A stretch of 62,608 nt of DNA, the filler included, from Rhabdomonas costata (lineage: Eukaryota), in the NCBI GenBank assembly GCA_019059605.1. It is 34 parts of 34 records of this genome, joined end to end, with 100 filler letters (N's around TTAATTAATTAA, not from the genome) between each part and the next. Parts side by side here need not be neighbours in the genome. Positions count along the whole stretch, not along the records: positions 1 to 1,743 come from JAHMHO010009688.1; positions 1,844 to 3,589 come from JAHMHO010009689.1; positions 3,690 to 5,435 come from JAHMHO010009690.1; positions 5,536 to 7,280 come from JAHMHO010009691.1; positions 7,381 to 9,125 come from JAHMHO010009692.1; positions 9,226 to 10,971 come from JAHMHO010009693.1; positions 11,072 to 12,816 come from JAHMHO010009694.1; 27 more parts are not named here. One strand, written 5' to 3'. Positions 1-12,332 of the stretch are shown in pieces. A program made the translations under genes and the position numbers. The notes under the pieces were generated by a model, which searched no databases, was not told where the DNA came from, and worked only from the letters and a program-made list of their open reading frames with translations. Numbering within the stretch: position 1 is the stretch's first letter; every line of letters starts with the position of its first letter.

Positions 1-422
1 ATTGGCCTTTTCACGACCCGTCCGACCTGGATTCTTGGTTTAAGAGTGTGATATCCTGGGAAACCAATTATCGGCGGCGTTGACCTTCGTCAATACTTTG
101 TGGGTCAGACAACTTTTCTTTGGTGGTTTTGAGCTAGTGAACCCGGCTGTCTTGGATTTGTCTTCGTGGTTCTGCTTCATTGTTTGGTTGCGATGTTTCG
201 GGTTTCCTTCACCTCTATCACTGAGGGCATGATTTCGACCCCACTCGTATCGCTGAGGGCATGAAATTTCGACCCCGACTCGGATCTCTGGAATATGCTG
301 CACTGTTCCTTCACTGTGGCTCTTCGAGGGGAATGCCACTTACGACCATTCACACATTCGCTGTATTTTTCGTCTGCTTAGGTGGACTTTTGACAGTGCT
401 GGGCTGCTGACCTTCTCTCCAG

Positions 423-1185
423 CCTCGCTCAACTCAATGTTTCGGAACGCCACCGTGCCCCCGGTGGTCTCCAACGTCCGCCTGGACGAAGATAGCCCCT
501 TCTACAACCTCTTCCAGCGCCAAATCGTCGTCCCGCCGAGCGCTGCGACGGGTGGTCTTACCCTAGGGATCGTTGCGATCCAGGACTGGACCAAGACGGC
601 CTATCCCACGGTGTGCGGAGAGAGAGAAGCGCTCCTCCCCCCTCCTCCGAACATCATCATCATCAGCTCCTCTGAACCGCTGCGCGCTTTGCGCACCAAG
701 GCATGGCATCAACCCCGATGTCATGGTGTGGCTGTACAAGGCCGCATAAACCCATGGTGTTGTTGGTGGAGAGCATATGGGAAGCACTGGAGGAACCAGC
801 AGGACTCGGGGTAACGAGCGAACAGCTTTATCGTTAGTCCTCAGGCACTTATGCCAAATAGAGAGAGAGAGAGAGAGGTGTTGGCAGCACGATATGTGCC
901 ATTGCGCCCCTGATCGACTTCCTCCCACCTTGCCTTTCACTCCCCTGTCCGCAGTGTGGTTTCGCTGCCCTACTTTTCCATTTCAGTTCTACGTCACCGA
1001 GACTCTCCCCGTGACGCTCTCGCAGCTTCGAGAGCTCCATGGCACGGACATGAACATCCTCCTGCTGGCCACCCCTCTGGTGCCGGACTGGCGCGTCCTG
1101 CTGGCGTTGGACGTGGACGTCCTGGTCACTGGGTTCTCCTTCAACACCACCCTGTTCTACCCGCCGCCACCGCAGTACATCAATG
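423..1185 (+). CDS. Partial gene, exons 423-610 and 987-1185; possibly a degenerate 5'-nucleotidase/metallophosphoesterase-like domain
   Basis: AG at 421-422, GT at 611, AG at 985-986, GT at 1186. The exons splice in frame to ...PPVVSNVRLDEDSPFYNLFQRQIVV...LTLGIVAIQDW...YPT|FYVTETLP...DVDVLVTGFSF. The order VVSNV / LGIVA / DVLVTG recalls 5'-nucleotidase N-terminal domains, but the family call is weak. Confidence 0.5.
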
Positions 1186-1743
1186 GTTGCGCTTTCCGTC
1201 TCCGTTCTGCCTTCTGCTCGCTTCCTTCCTGTACCCCTCTCTTTATCTCCGTAATGGCACCAATCAAATGCCAGCGGTACTTAGAACCACAACTGGGACT
1301 GGGTGGGGGATGGGGGTGGCATTGTTCCACAAGGAGCAAGGGCAACCCCTCGGTAAAAGGGCGTCGGCTTTCGGCTGCAGAAAAAGCGGTAGAACCCACG
1401 AGGAGGAGAGAGGGTGGGATGCGGGTGAGCAAAAACAAAAACGGTGTCTGACACAAGGTGTTGGCAGCAATATGGACTACCACACCCAAAGGAGTGAAAG
1501 TCCCGCTTTGGGTTATGCTTTCACTGGGGTTTAACTGACCGGCAACGGAGCTGTCAATACTGGAGGTTCGGGTGACAACCTATCACACACACAACACACG
1601 CAACACACGGCGCCGAAGCATGAAGGCACGCACGCCTAAGGCGCGCACCTGACCCCAATCGAAGGGGTTAGTACCAAAGGGATGCGGTCATCAGCTTAAG
1701 CATACTGTGGCTGGATGTTCACGCTCCATAAGTCACCAAAACC

Positions 1744-1843
1744 NNNNNNNNNNNNNNNNNNNNNNNNNNNNNNNNNNNNNNNNNNNNTTAATTAATTAAN
1801 NNNNNNNNNNNNNNNNNNNNNNNNNNNNNNNNNNNNNNNNNNN
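1744..1843. other. Artificial contig linker (44 N + TTAATTAATTAA + 44 N); first of 33, recurring every ~1845 nt, last at 60765-60864
   Basis: Identical 100-nt spacer with stop codons in all six frames; the contigs between spacers are all ~1739-1746 nt, as in a size-sorted concatenation. Confidence 0.99.
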
Positions 1844-2901
1844 TGTTGTGAGAAGAAGAAAAAGGGATGAAGTCCCGTTCCCCCCTGGGCCCTTTAACGG
1901 ACTCGGTGGTAAAGCACTGAAACGCGACGCACACCCATCGTATCCGTATCCAGATATGACATCTGGGGCAAGGTACCTGAGCAACAGAAGTATGTGGAAT
2001 CGCCGCACCCTACCCGACTCCCATTCAATTGGGTTGCCTGCAGCTCTGGCGGCATTGCGCCACACCTCGCAATAACTTGGGTTGGGGCATCAAGGGTCAC
2101 TCCTATTTTGATCCAAGCGGTTCATGCTCAAAATGACTCGACCACAGCCCGGAAAAATGAACCGCGTGCTTGATGGACCATTCCACCATTCCACAACAAC
2201 ATTGCAGCAAAAGGCTCAGTACCTTCAAAAAAAAGACAATTCTGAAGATTCCCTCCAACTGCAGAAACTGAGACGCGAAAGCAGCCAGCGAAAAAAACAT
2301 CTGTCATACTCCGGAGTGCCCAGAATGGACATGTTGGGGTTGAAGTTGGCTGAAGACAGCAGATGAAATACAGAGGAGATCGCCAATCGAATCACATTGG
2401 GGGGGGGGGGGAACGAACGCTTCGATGCGAATGAATAATTCACTGTAAAATGGCAAACAATATTTGGAGGTGATTCCGGGGCAGTTACGGGAGGAAAAAA
2501 GTTCTGAAAGCTGAAAGATGATTTCAGATACCGAGGAGCACATTCTGATCTTTTGGACTTAAATATGCAAGACCCTCAACCACTTAATTCTAGCGTCGAC
2601 ATCTGTCATACTTTGACAATTAACACATTCGAACTCGCGGGTTTGTGTGTGCACAGGACTTCGGTGGCTCCCTCTCGTTGGCACACCGGAGGAGGGTCCC
2701 AGCATGGGACCAACGAGAAAATTCATTGTAACTATTTTCAGTCAATATTTGGAGGTAAAAGACAATGGTGTTGGTGAATTCGAGAAAATGCATGAATTAA
2801 ACACATCACAAATTTGGAGAAACCCCACACACAGCAACACAGCAAGAAAAACAAACACTTTTTGCGGAAGGTCCCAAAGGAAATAAGGGAGAGAGAGGCA
2901 C

Positions 2902-3050
2902 CCGGGTCCTGCTGCTTCGAAAACCCGAAGTCTGAGATTTTTAGGTATCCTGTGGCGTCCAGCAACAGGTTCTCTGGCTTCAGGTCGCGGTGGGCCACGC
3001 CGTTCTTGTGGACAAAGTACAACCCAAGAATGAGCTGTTGGAAGTAGTAC
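2902..3050 (-). CDS. Exon of a Ser/Thr protein kinase (CAMK group, SNF1/CIPK-like)
   Basis: [45 protein letters not shown] contains HRDLKPEN and DFG; bounded by cttcag| and |gtgcct. Confidence 0.92.
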
Positions 3051-3741
3051 CTGAAGATATGAATGGCCGCATCCCCACCAGAAAAAAGCGTGCTCGAGAT
3101 GCGCCGCCCTCTCCAACGGAAAGGCTAAATTCCAACTTTTCGCGCAAAGTGAGCGTTTAGAAACCAAAAATGAGACTGATGCCCGCTGCGCGAAGCGGTA
3201 CCCCGACGCGAGACGCAGCCAGGCAACCCAACTCAGGAGCGATATATTTGCGATTTTTGGGCAACGAAATATTTGATTTTGAACATCAAAAATGTGCTGT
3301 AATTGCACACGTTTCCAGGGTCACTGCCGAAAGGCGAATCTGCTGATTTAGACAAAGGGAGAAGTCAATCAGGATCTGGCCCTTCGATATTGTGTTTCCG
3401 TGTGTCAAATGGAAAGTTAACAGCTCACCCCCAAGACATAACGGCGAACATATTTTCGCTCTGGCGAAGTGAGTGAAAAGCACAACAAAGCCGTCTTCGG
3501 GGAAGAAAAAACCGTTACCGTACCGAACTGCACGTGCAGACAGATATAAATCGTTTGTGCCTTTTTGCTCCTGTCCACAACCAGCCAGTNNNNNNNNNNN
3601 NNNNNNNNNNNNNNNNNNNNNNNNNNNNNNNNNTTAATTAATTAANNNNNNNNNNNNNNNNNNNNNNNNNNNNNNNNNNNNNNNNNNNNGTGGGGGTTGG
3701 CGGGAGTCGATGCTCTATGCTCTGCCGCATCGTGTGCACAG

Positions 3742-5435
3742 GCTGGGGCCGTCTCTACGTCACCACGGAGCTGGGCACGAATGAGGGCTGGTGGGCTGCG
3801 GGCTTCCTGGAGGGCAGCCTGACCTCTCACCGAATCTATCAGCACTACATCAGCTGGTACGACATGAAGTACCCGAATGGCAGCAGCCCATCACAGGCAG
3901 TGTGGAAGTTCATCCAGGACCAGTACGAGTGGGCTGCCTCACAGGCCGAGGAGCATAGCGCCAAGGGCTGCAACTACTGGACCCAAGTGGCGCGAATCCT
4001 GAGCTTCACCAACGGGATGGCCGCAGGTCAGGCTTTCTTTGCCCCCGAAAAGGAGGCGCTTTCGTGGCTCGAGGTGCTGCTTCTGCAGGCCCGAGGCGAT
4101 CTCAGCGATATCGAAGACGCGGTGAACCCGAGCATGCTTGTGGACTGGGATAGCCTCTCCGAAGAGGATCACCTCATAGAATGGCACAAGCGGGTGTCAT
4201 GCTCGGTGCTTTGGAAGGTGAACGACGCGCTGACCGACGTGTTGGTGGCCCACAACTCCTGGAACGGGTACCAGACCATGCTGCGTATCATGAAGTACCA
4301 CGATTTTGCTGGGCATCCCAACGCCAGTGCCCCCAATCAGACCGTGGGCCATTACAAGGCAGTCTTGTGCTCGTACCCGGGGGAGGTGCAGAGCCACGAC
4401 GATTTCTACACGCTGCCGTTGCCCCACCAGCAGCTGGTGGTCACGGAGACCACGAATAGCATCTTCAACCAATCTCTGTACGCCTCCGTCAGTGCGAAAT
4501 CGCTGCTGGCCTGGCAGAGCGTCTTGATCAGCAACGCGCTGGCCCGCAGCTCGGCGGAGTGGACCCAGATCTTCGCGAAGCACTGCTCTGGCACCTACGC
4601 CAACCAATGGATGGGTACGCGAGAGAAGGGTGCAGGGTGGAGTAATGGTAAAGCATAATGAAATCAGTGGAGTGATTAAATGCCGAGAGGGGCAGGCCTC
4701 TTGGGAAGCTGGTCCCCGGACTGCTCTGAGTATGCATCCCTTTTTGAACGTGCATCCCTTCCAGCTGGTGGTGAGACACCAAACCTCGTGCTAAGGGATT
4801 GACTAGGTTGGGGTACACGAAGGTACCTTTCGATCGCCCCAAGCACATTTTTTACCCTTCTGGTGGCATCATCTCCACCAATGTCCGCTTTTCTCATCTC
4901 TTCCGTGCATCTTTATCTTCTCACTTCTTTCCACTGATCGCATTCACTTCTGCTCAGTGGGGGACATGAAACTCTTCACTCCGGGCGAGGGAGCCCAGCC
5001 TGGCTTCTTGCACATCATCGAGGTCTTGCCGGGGTATTCACACTTTGAGGACGTGACGTCGGTGATGGTAGCGCAGGGGAACTACTGGCCGAGCTACAAC
5101 CTCCCCTATTTCGAGGACATTTCTCAGCTTTCAGGATCCAGCGGTATCTGCTCGAAGAGGGGCCCATCCTATTGCTACAAAACATGTCCCCGAGCCGAGA
5201 TCTTTCGGCGTGACCACCACACGGTGCAGACCATGTCTGAGATGAAGCGGATGATCCGGTACAACAACTGGCAGAACGACTCGCTCTCTCAGGGAGACCC
5301 CGAAAAATCCATTGCTTCTCGGTATGACCTGCGGCCCTACCCAAAGAAGAATCGTGCTTTTGGTGCGAAAGATGCCAAGGCGAGCTCTTGGGAGATGGTC
5401 GTGCAGCAGGACGGCGCGATGGTCGTGGTGAATGG
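3742..5435 (+). CDS. Phospholipase B-like (PLBD/LAMA-type Ntn hydrolase), exons 3742-4614 and 4958-5435, partial
   Basis: Motifs AAGFLEG, SCSVLWKV (nucleophile Cys), VAHNSW, SHDDFY, VVTETTN, SGTYANQWM, YWPSYNLPYF, PRAEIFRRD, RYNNWQND, SIASRYDL, FGAKDAK. A GT-AG intron at 4615-4957 joins the two ORFs in frame. Confidence 0.93.
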
Positions 5436-6164
5436 NNNNNNNNNNNNNNNNNNNNNNNNNNNNNNNNNNNNNNNNNNNNTTAATTAATTAANNNNNNNNN
5501 NNNNNNNNNNNNNNNNNNNNNNNNNNNNNNNNNNNTTGTTGAGTGTGTTTGGGTTGTGGGGGAGCCACCAGAGAGGTCAGGTCGCTGGTGCACGACAGCA
5601 AGGGGATCGACCAGTCGCCTCTGGAAAGGAGGCAGATGGGAGGGTGAAGGTGTTTACGTGTGCGTGAGAGGGTGTGTCCACGGTCATGTGGCTTGGTCTG
5701 TCACCATCGCCCTCTGGCCTATGTCTCGCACCGGTGTGGTGTGTGAAGTGTGGTGGCTGGCTGGTCGCCCCCTTGTCCCTTGCTCAATAGCATACAAGCA
5801 TACGGATATGAGTAATCATATGTCGCAAAGAACGAAGCTGACAGTTCGAAATAAGAAAGGAACTCACAAGCAAACATTTTAGTCATAATTTAGTTAGTTT
5901 GCAGATAAGATGTGTCACAAACTGTCGTTCGCGACCTGCTTAACGACATCTTAACGACAAACTAACAGCCCATGCCAATGAATATGCAAGCAAGCTGTCT
6001 TTGTGCAAGGGGAAATATCCACACATGTCATATATCTTTCAACACACACCCAATGCATTTGCATACATAAAGAAGTATATACGGTTACAAAGTGCAAGGG
6101 GCTCCATCCCAGGTTCGTCGATCACCTAACGTACCGCTACACACTGAGCAGCGCATGACAGTGC

Positions 6165-7006
6165 CTGGACTGATACTGCAGCATCAACGGCCCAGGCACC
6201 AGTCGCGCCACGTGCACCAGCTTCAGGCCTTGGTTGCACTCCGAGGTAAATGGCCCCAGAGTGGTGTACCCCAGCTGGAACATCGCCATGGAGTGCAGAG
6301 TGTCCATCATCCTCTGCCTCTGCGCCACACGGGACTCCACGTGCACCCCCATTTGAGACGCCAGCTGGGCCACCAGCGACCCCACCAGAAAGCCCTCCAT
6401 GCTGCTCGCCGAGCCCGAGGACAGCGTACTAGCGTTGGAGCCCGCGAGGGCCTGGTAGTACTGCCGCAGCAGGGGGTCTGCCAACCCGGCAATGCTGGCC
6501 GCGTCTCGATCAAGGTCCGGGGTCACCTTTCGGTAGATAAGCAGAAACAGAAAAGCAACGGGAAAGCCACCCCCTCTGTTTTGCACTGGCCCGCGGGAGT
6601 GGCACGCAAACCTCCAGAGCCCAAAGGTCGATAACAGTCGGAGGGCGGTAAGGTGGGATGTTGGGAAAGGGACAAAGTAAGAGCGAAGCAAAAGCAACCT
6701 GAAGCTGACCATATCGATTGTGTCGGAAAGTCCTATTAGAGGGGTTATTTCGACAGAGGAGATAGAGAGAGACGGAATGGAATAAAACGGGGTGCGGACC
6801 TGGGAGATGAACACGTTGTCCTGCGTGCCCAGCTGCAGCTGCGCCCAGAACCCAGGCACGTCCATCGCCCCGGTGACCACAACATAGGAAAGTGTGGGCG
6901 GGAGCTGTGCCTTGGCCGCGGCCACAAAAGCCCCCAACAAGGTGGCGCTCTCCTGCCCCATTACCACCAGGGCCTGCACAGGGCCCTGGGTTCGGGCTGC
7001 CACAAC
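6165..7006 (-). CDS. Periplasmic-binding-protein type 1 (Leu/Ile/Val-binding-like) ectodomain, typical of receptor adenylate cyclases; exons 7006-6800 and 6526 to ~6165
   Basis: NVFISQ|VTP...LLRQYYQAL...SSMEGFLVGSLVAQL...FQLGYTTLGPFTSECNQGLKLV matches the PBP1 C-terminal pattern (vy.tqvvP ... slEGf ... G..f...nqG..V). GT-AG intron 6799-6527. The 3' exon end is uncertain. Confidence 0.7.
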
Positions 7007-7493
7007 CTGAAACGCATCCAACCCATCCTTCCAGTGCCGACCAAACGAATTGGTGGATGAATTTTGAACTGAGAGAGTTTGAGAGAGTTTGTTTTTTCTC
7101 ATACGGCTAACTTCAAAAGAAGAATAACAACAGAGCTTCATTCAAAGAAGAAATGGAGGAGCTCAGCGAATTATGGTGGGAGGGATTACCAAGGGGAACG
7201 GCAAAAGGAAATGAAAAGCAAGCAAGAGGCACACACTGCACACCGCTCCAGATGCTGCGTACACACAAATCCCACCACACNNNNNNNNNNNNNNNNNNNN
7301 NNNNNNNNNNNNNNNNNNNNNNNNTTAATTAATTAANNNNNNNNNNNNNNNNNNNNNNNNNNNNNNNNNNNNNNNNNNNNTAGTGGTTCATGCTACTCCA
7401 CACCATAAGGCGGTACGTAGCATTCGCAAAGTAATAGATCAAATGCTCGATGCCTTACACGCTCCTTCTACGTACCACACTACACCTCCAAAG

Positions 7494-7648
7494 GTGGCAC
7501 TTTCCACATGAAGACGTCGTCGCCTCCAACCCTAATGTGGTACGCTCCTCTTCTACCTCCATCCCTACCCATACATCACACAATGTGGCACACTCCACCT
7601 GAAGACGTAGTCGCTCCCCACCGTAGGGTGGTACGCTCCTCCTCTACC
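7494..7648. repeat. Diverged ~64-nt direct repeat (7494-7557 and 7585-7648) in a contig with no recognisable exons
   Basis: gtggcactttccacatgaagacgtcgtcgc...gtggtacgctcctcttctacc versus gtggcacactccacctgaagacgtagtcgc...gtggtacgctcctcctctacc. Confidence 0.75.
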
Positions 7649-9277
7649 CTATCTGCACTCTCGGTACCATTCCTTTTGCAACAGTGTTTTAGTGCTTGGA
7701 TTTGTCCCCTAAACTTTTTTTACGTATCTCTCTTGTGTTTTTTTTGGGTTTTTCACATCGTGGTAATCGCGACTCCAATTAATGCCTCCATCGCAGTTGC
7801 GAAGAACTCAACCTCCTGTCGGTTTCATGTGCAGGCACGAGTTACCCACTTTCGCCTGTACTTTGACCCTTTTGATAGCTCTTCTCATTTCGGTGGTACA
7901 GTGTCAGCGTTTTCCCATATCATTCCCATACCACATCTGGATCTCGCCCGCTTCCACCAGCTCCACTTCTTTTGCGACTGAGTTTTCAGTACAGATAAAA
8001 ATCAAAGTGTTACGCTGCTCTTTCCTGTGCACTGGAGGCTTTTTGCCTGGAGACGCGCTCGTTGTTGCTGCTCCTGCGTCTCCAAATACCTAGCTTTTTT
8101 CGATATCACTCTCATATACATCGTGGGTTCACCAGTTTTTGCCTTTCCAGCAGAAAATAGAGCCGCATTTTCACTTGCCTACAATACAGCAACTCTTCGT
8201 GGCGCCAAATTCATATGCTTGCAATTTTCAGAGTTTTTTCACTACTCTCAACCACAGCCCCACACCTCCACATGTTGTTCCGGGTTCTTTATGGTCCTCT
8301 GCTGCCTTGAAAACTGTTTTCCTTGTTATTTTCCTGTACAAAGTTCCCACCAATACTTCCCGCGACTACCGCCTTGGTTCATCAGATTTGCATTGTGTTC
8401 TGTGCTGGTTGTTGTTGCCTGGCTGGTGGCTGGTAGATAGATCTTCCTGCTGCTCTGACATTTGGCGAACAGTTCTTTTACCTGGTTTTTTGTTCTTGCT
8501 GAATCTTGTAGCGGGCTTAGCTGACATGCAACTTGCGCACACATGTATTGTGGGGTGGCGCCCCATTTATATCAGATCGTCGGGAGCTTGCGTTGAAACA
8601 AGATCCCCAACGATCCAGTGCATTGTGGTGCATTCTTTCGTGTACGGGAAAGTATCAGATTCAATTGGGCGTGAGCGTAACGAAGTACATCTCCCGAATG
8701 CATTAGGCGCGGGATTCATGGCCACTTTTCAGAATAGTGGCTATCACCAATTATTACCAATTGCTGACTCTGAAGTATGCTCCAGTGTACGATACCTCAG
8801 ATTTTCATCACCTCCACCTTGAAACACAACTAGAAGCACCCGCGCTCTACGCGCAGATTTGAAACGAGTCGTACCGACCTCAATTCCTACAATCAAGAAC
8901 ACTATATAATTGAATGCGATTTACGTCATGCCAACGATCCATATTATGTTCACCCATATAAACGTGAGAAAACTGACTGTTTTTCCTCTTATGACCCATA
9001 CACACAACAGCACTTACCAGTTTTTACACCTGATCCCTTTTACTACTACGAGTAACTACTGGAAATACATCATCCGATACACTAGAACCACATAAAACGA
9101 GCTACCATTGTACTGCAAAAAACCCNNNNNNNNNNNNNNNNNNNNNNNNNNNNNNNNNNNNNNNNNNNNTTAATTAATTAANNNNNNNNNNNNNNNNNNN
9201 NNNNNNNNNNNNNNNNNNNNNNNNNGTGTGTGCAGAAGGGGAAAATGTGAGTTTAAGAATCTCTGGAGAATGCTGAT

Positions 9278-9947
9278 ATGGATAATATATCAGCATTCTC
9301 CAGAGATTCTTAAACTCACATTTTCCCCTTCTGCACACACACAAAAAAAAAGACTTGTACTGTTACTGGTCCATTAGCGAGTGTGGTTGGCTGTCTGGAA
9401 TTTAGAGACTTTCCATTGCTTGCCATTTGCTCGAATTTCAGGTGCCAGGTACCAGGTTAAGTTTTTTATTCGAAATTGCTGTGAAAACAACAAGGATGAC
9501 GACAATCTAACCAATCCACCCTTGGGTGAAAGGGGCTAAAATGGATATCATACTTTCTGGTTATCAGCAGATTGTAAAATCTCCTTACTTTTCTGAGATG
9601 TCCCTCCCCCTCCCCTGCTTTCCAGAAGCACACAGAGGGGTGCGCTATAATGTAAGCGGATGAAGACGTTTGGAGAAAGGCGACTGCGAATAGTCCCCAT
9701 GGCACTCCTCTGAACGCTTTTGAGAAACCTTCACTTCCTCATAACCTCCGCTGCTGAGTTAAGCGTTGCCAAAGAATCCTCAAACATCAGTCAGTCATCA
9801 ACCGCCTGGTCTCCACCCAACTGCGGCCCAGCCCAAACCGAGTCAACTCACCACCAACAGTAACTGTCAAGTGTTTTTTTTTGTGTGTGTGCAGAAGGGG
9901 AAAATGTGAGTTTAAGAATCTCTGGAGAATGCTGATATATTATCCAT
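9278..9947. repeat. Long inverted repeat (arms 9278-9351 and 9874-9947, 74 bp perfect, imperfect further inward) whose right arm ends just before the Ulp1 acceptor AG
   Basis: atggataatatatcagcattctccagagattcttaaactcacattttccccttctgcacacacac(a)9 is the exact reverse complement of 9874-9947. The arms diverge inward (gacttgtactgttactggt versus accaacagtaactgtcaagtg). Confidence 0.85.
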
Positions 9948-9952
9948 CTCAG

Positions 9953-10655
9953 CTCCAAGCCGATGTCAGGCAGCGGATGATGAGCCTGCCCGTCACCATG
10001 CTGAGCGTCCCCAAGCAGCTGAATAGCGTGGACTGCGGCGTCTTTGTCCTGCAGTTCTTGGAGCTGGTGCGCCCCGTGTGTATATCTGACTCCTTTTTAG
10101 GTCATAAGCCACCACTTCTCGCTCAGTCACTCTTTCCCATAGCATCAGGCTTACGCTTGCATGATGGGGGGGGGTCTGTAATGCCCATACGGTTTTTATG
10201 TCAAAACCCTAGTCCCTGATCTGTAGCAGATTCGCACGGACACGTAAAGCATGAGGAATCCCGTGGGCATGTGCTATTTCATCGCCTGTGGCTTCTGGTT
10301 ACAGCAAGCTATGTGAACCGAGCTCGAATAGGGTTTGCCCTTTTGTCCGGATGAGTTGGTTGGTGAGGAACCGCGTTATTCTTCTATCCTTGTTTTTCTT
10401 CTAGCCCCTATCCTAGCCCTTCCCTGTAGGCATGCGGGCCACATTTTTGGTACCTCCCCACCCCTCCGCTCCCTCACCTCACAGTTCCTGAAGCCCAAGT
10501 TTCTGCAGAGCTTCTTGGACTCACCGCCGACCCACAAGAACCTCAAGGACTGGTTCTCCCCCACCCAGGCGATCCCGCAGATGCGGCGGCAGCTTACTCA
10601 AATTATCCTCGATCTAGACGCTGCCGTGGCAAAGGCCAAAGCTACCAGTACAAAG
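9953..10655 (+). CDS. Ulp1/SENP-family SUMO protease (peptidase C48), C-terminal exons 9953-10066 and 10485-10655
   Basis: VPKQLNSVDCGVFVLQFLEL|FLKP...KDWFSP...MRRQL carries the PxQxNxxDCGVF catalytic Cys motif and the downstream WF..R motif; GT-AG intron, phase 0. Confidence 0.9.
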
Positions 10656-12130
10656 GTGAGCGCTCTTGTTGTTTGACCTTATCTGGTCATGTTTCTAGCT
10701 GTAGACCCAGGTTTTGTGGACCCGGTTTGAACTTTGTTCGGGTTTGTTGTTGTATGGCTGTGCGTCTTTTTTTGCGGGATTTTTGTTTCATGAAGCTGCG
10801 TACTTCAATTGTTGGGGAGTGCATTGGCGGCATCATTTCGCCATTGTGGTGTCCGAAGGTATATGAGGTGTGCTCCTATCCCTTTTGCAAGGGCGACACT
10901 CATAAAACACTTCTGGGATGTCCTTTTGAAAGGGCTGTGGTATTTTTAAGGGACGGGATGCTCTAAGCGTTNNNNNNNNNNNNNNNNNNNNNNNNNNNNN
11001 NNNNNNNNNNNNNNNTTAATTAATTAANNNNNNNNNNNNNNNNNNNNNNNNNNNNNNNNNNNNNNNNNNNNGTTGGGTGGTGCAGTGACTGAAGTGACAC
11101 GTATAGAAGAAGAAGGTGTAGTGAGGGACTGAGCTAGTAGTGAATTACCGACATGTGAGTGGTTCTTGACGTCGCATGTCCCTCGATACGCTCCTACTCT
11201 TACTGATACACTCACTGCGCTTGTGGGTCCCCGTCTGATGGTCGATTTTAGTTGTGGAGTCCAGTGAGCACCTTGGAGGAAAAACCAGTGTGTAAGTTGT
11301 CACTTTTTTCTGAGCAAATTTGTCGCATTTTTTTCTGCTTGTTTTTTCGGCTCCATTGTTTTCTTGGAACGCACGTGCTCGAGGACAGAGTTTGCAAGCG
11401 CAGACCTTAAAAAATAGCCTATTTTGCACACTACAGCTTAGTTCCTTGCTCTGAAACGGCTTTCTGTGTAGCTCCTATTTTCTGCCGCCGGTTTATTTTG
11501 GATGGTCCAACTGGATTTCAAGTATTAAAAAGCGCTTAGTTTATTGCAATCCAGGCGCTCGGTTGTACACCGCCGGGTGCCGCTTCCACCTTTAGCCGAA
11601 AAACGTAGGCATGGCAAACATGAAAAGGGTCGCCAAAGGGCGGGCTTACCGTCAGAGAGTGGCGAGGTTTCGTGTGTTTAATGGACAGCGAACGCCGTGG
11701 GCAGAGGGGATGAAACAGACCCAGACCGGGTGGCCTCGCAGAAATTCGTCAAACTTACTGTATTACTACTCTATTACTACTCTGTATGAAAAGACGGCAG
11801 AGTCGATAAGGGAACACCTTTTAACATCTGGAAACCTGCGCAGGTGCTGGACAAGTCGTATATGTTGCCCGTTTTGCCCAACCAGCATCTTCAGATAGTG
11901 AGTTAGTGGTGCTTTCGTCCGCAAAACTTCGCTGCCATCTTCAAGAGCCAACGTTTTTCAAATTTGGGAAGGAGGGCCACGGTACAGGGCTCCCGACCTA
12001 TTGGACGCAGACGTATGAAAGGTGTGGCTGTTGACTCTAAGTTTGGCGCATGCAAACCCATGGAGATAATTCCTCTGATTCAATGCACACGGAGTTTTCT
12101 CACCCCCCGTGTGTTCTTTTTATGCGGCAG

Positions 12131-12332
12131 GGGCTGAGGTTCGAGCTGCTGGGCGAGGGCACTCTGCCCCAGGTGCACCTGGAGCCGCAGCCCGCCCCGG
12201 CGCACCTCCTGAAGACCCTCCCCGACGCCTTCCCCGCGTTGTTCTCCGAGACCCCCAGCAAGCGCAAGGGCAGCCCCTCCCCGGACAAGGGCAGACCTGC
12301 CAAGGGGGCCGTGGCTGCCAGTGCGGCGAAAG
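12131..12332 (+). CDS. Exon of a Hydin-like axonemal (ASH-domain) protein
   Basis: GC3-rich exon between cag| and |gtcttt encoding GLRFELLGEGTLPQVHLEP, which resembles the L.F.l.GEG.LP.V junction of Hydin ASH repeats. Confidence 0.55.

Noticed and set aside
7381-9125. ORFs 7508-7981 and 8139-8822 in a pyrimidine-rich contig
   Set aside because: No splice pattern, GC3 bias or motif; likely antisense shadows of a degenerate repeat element.
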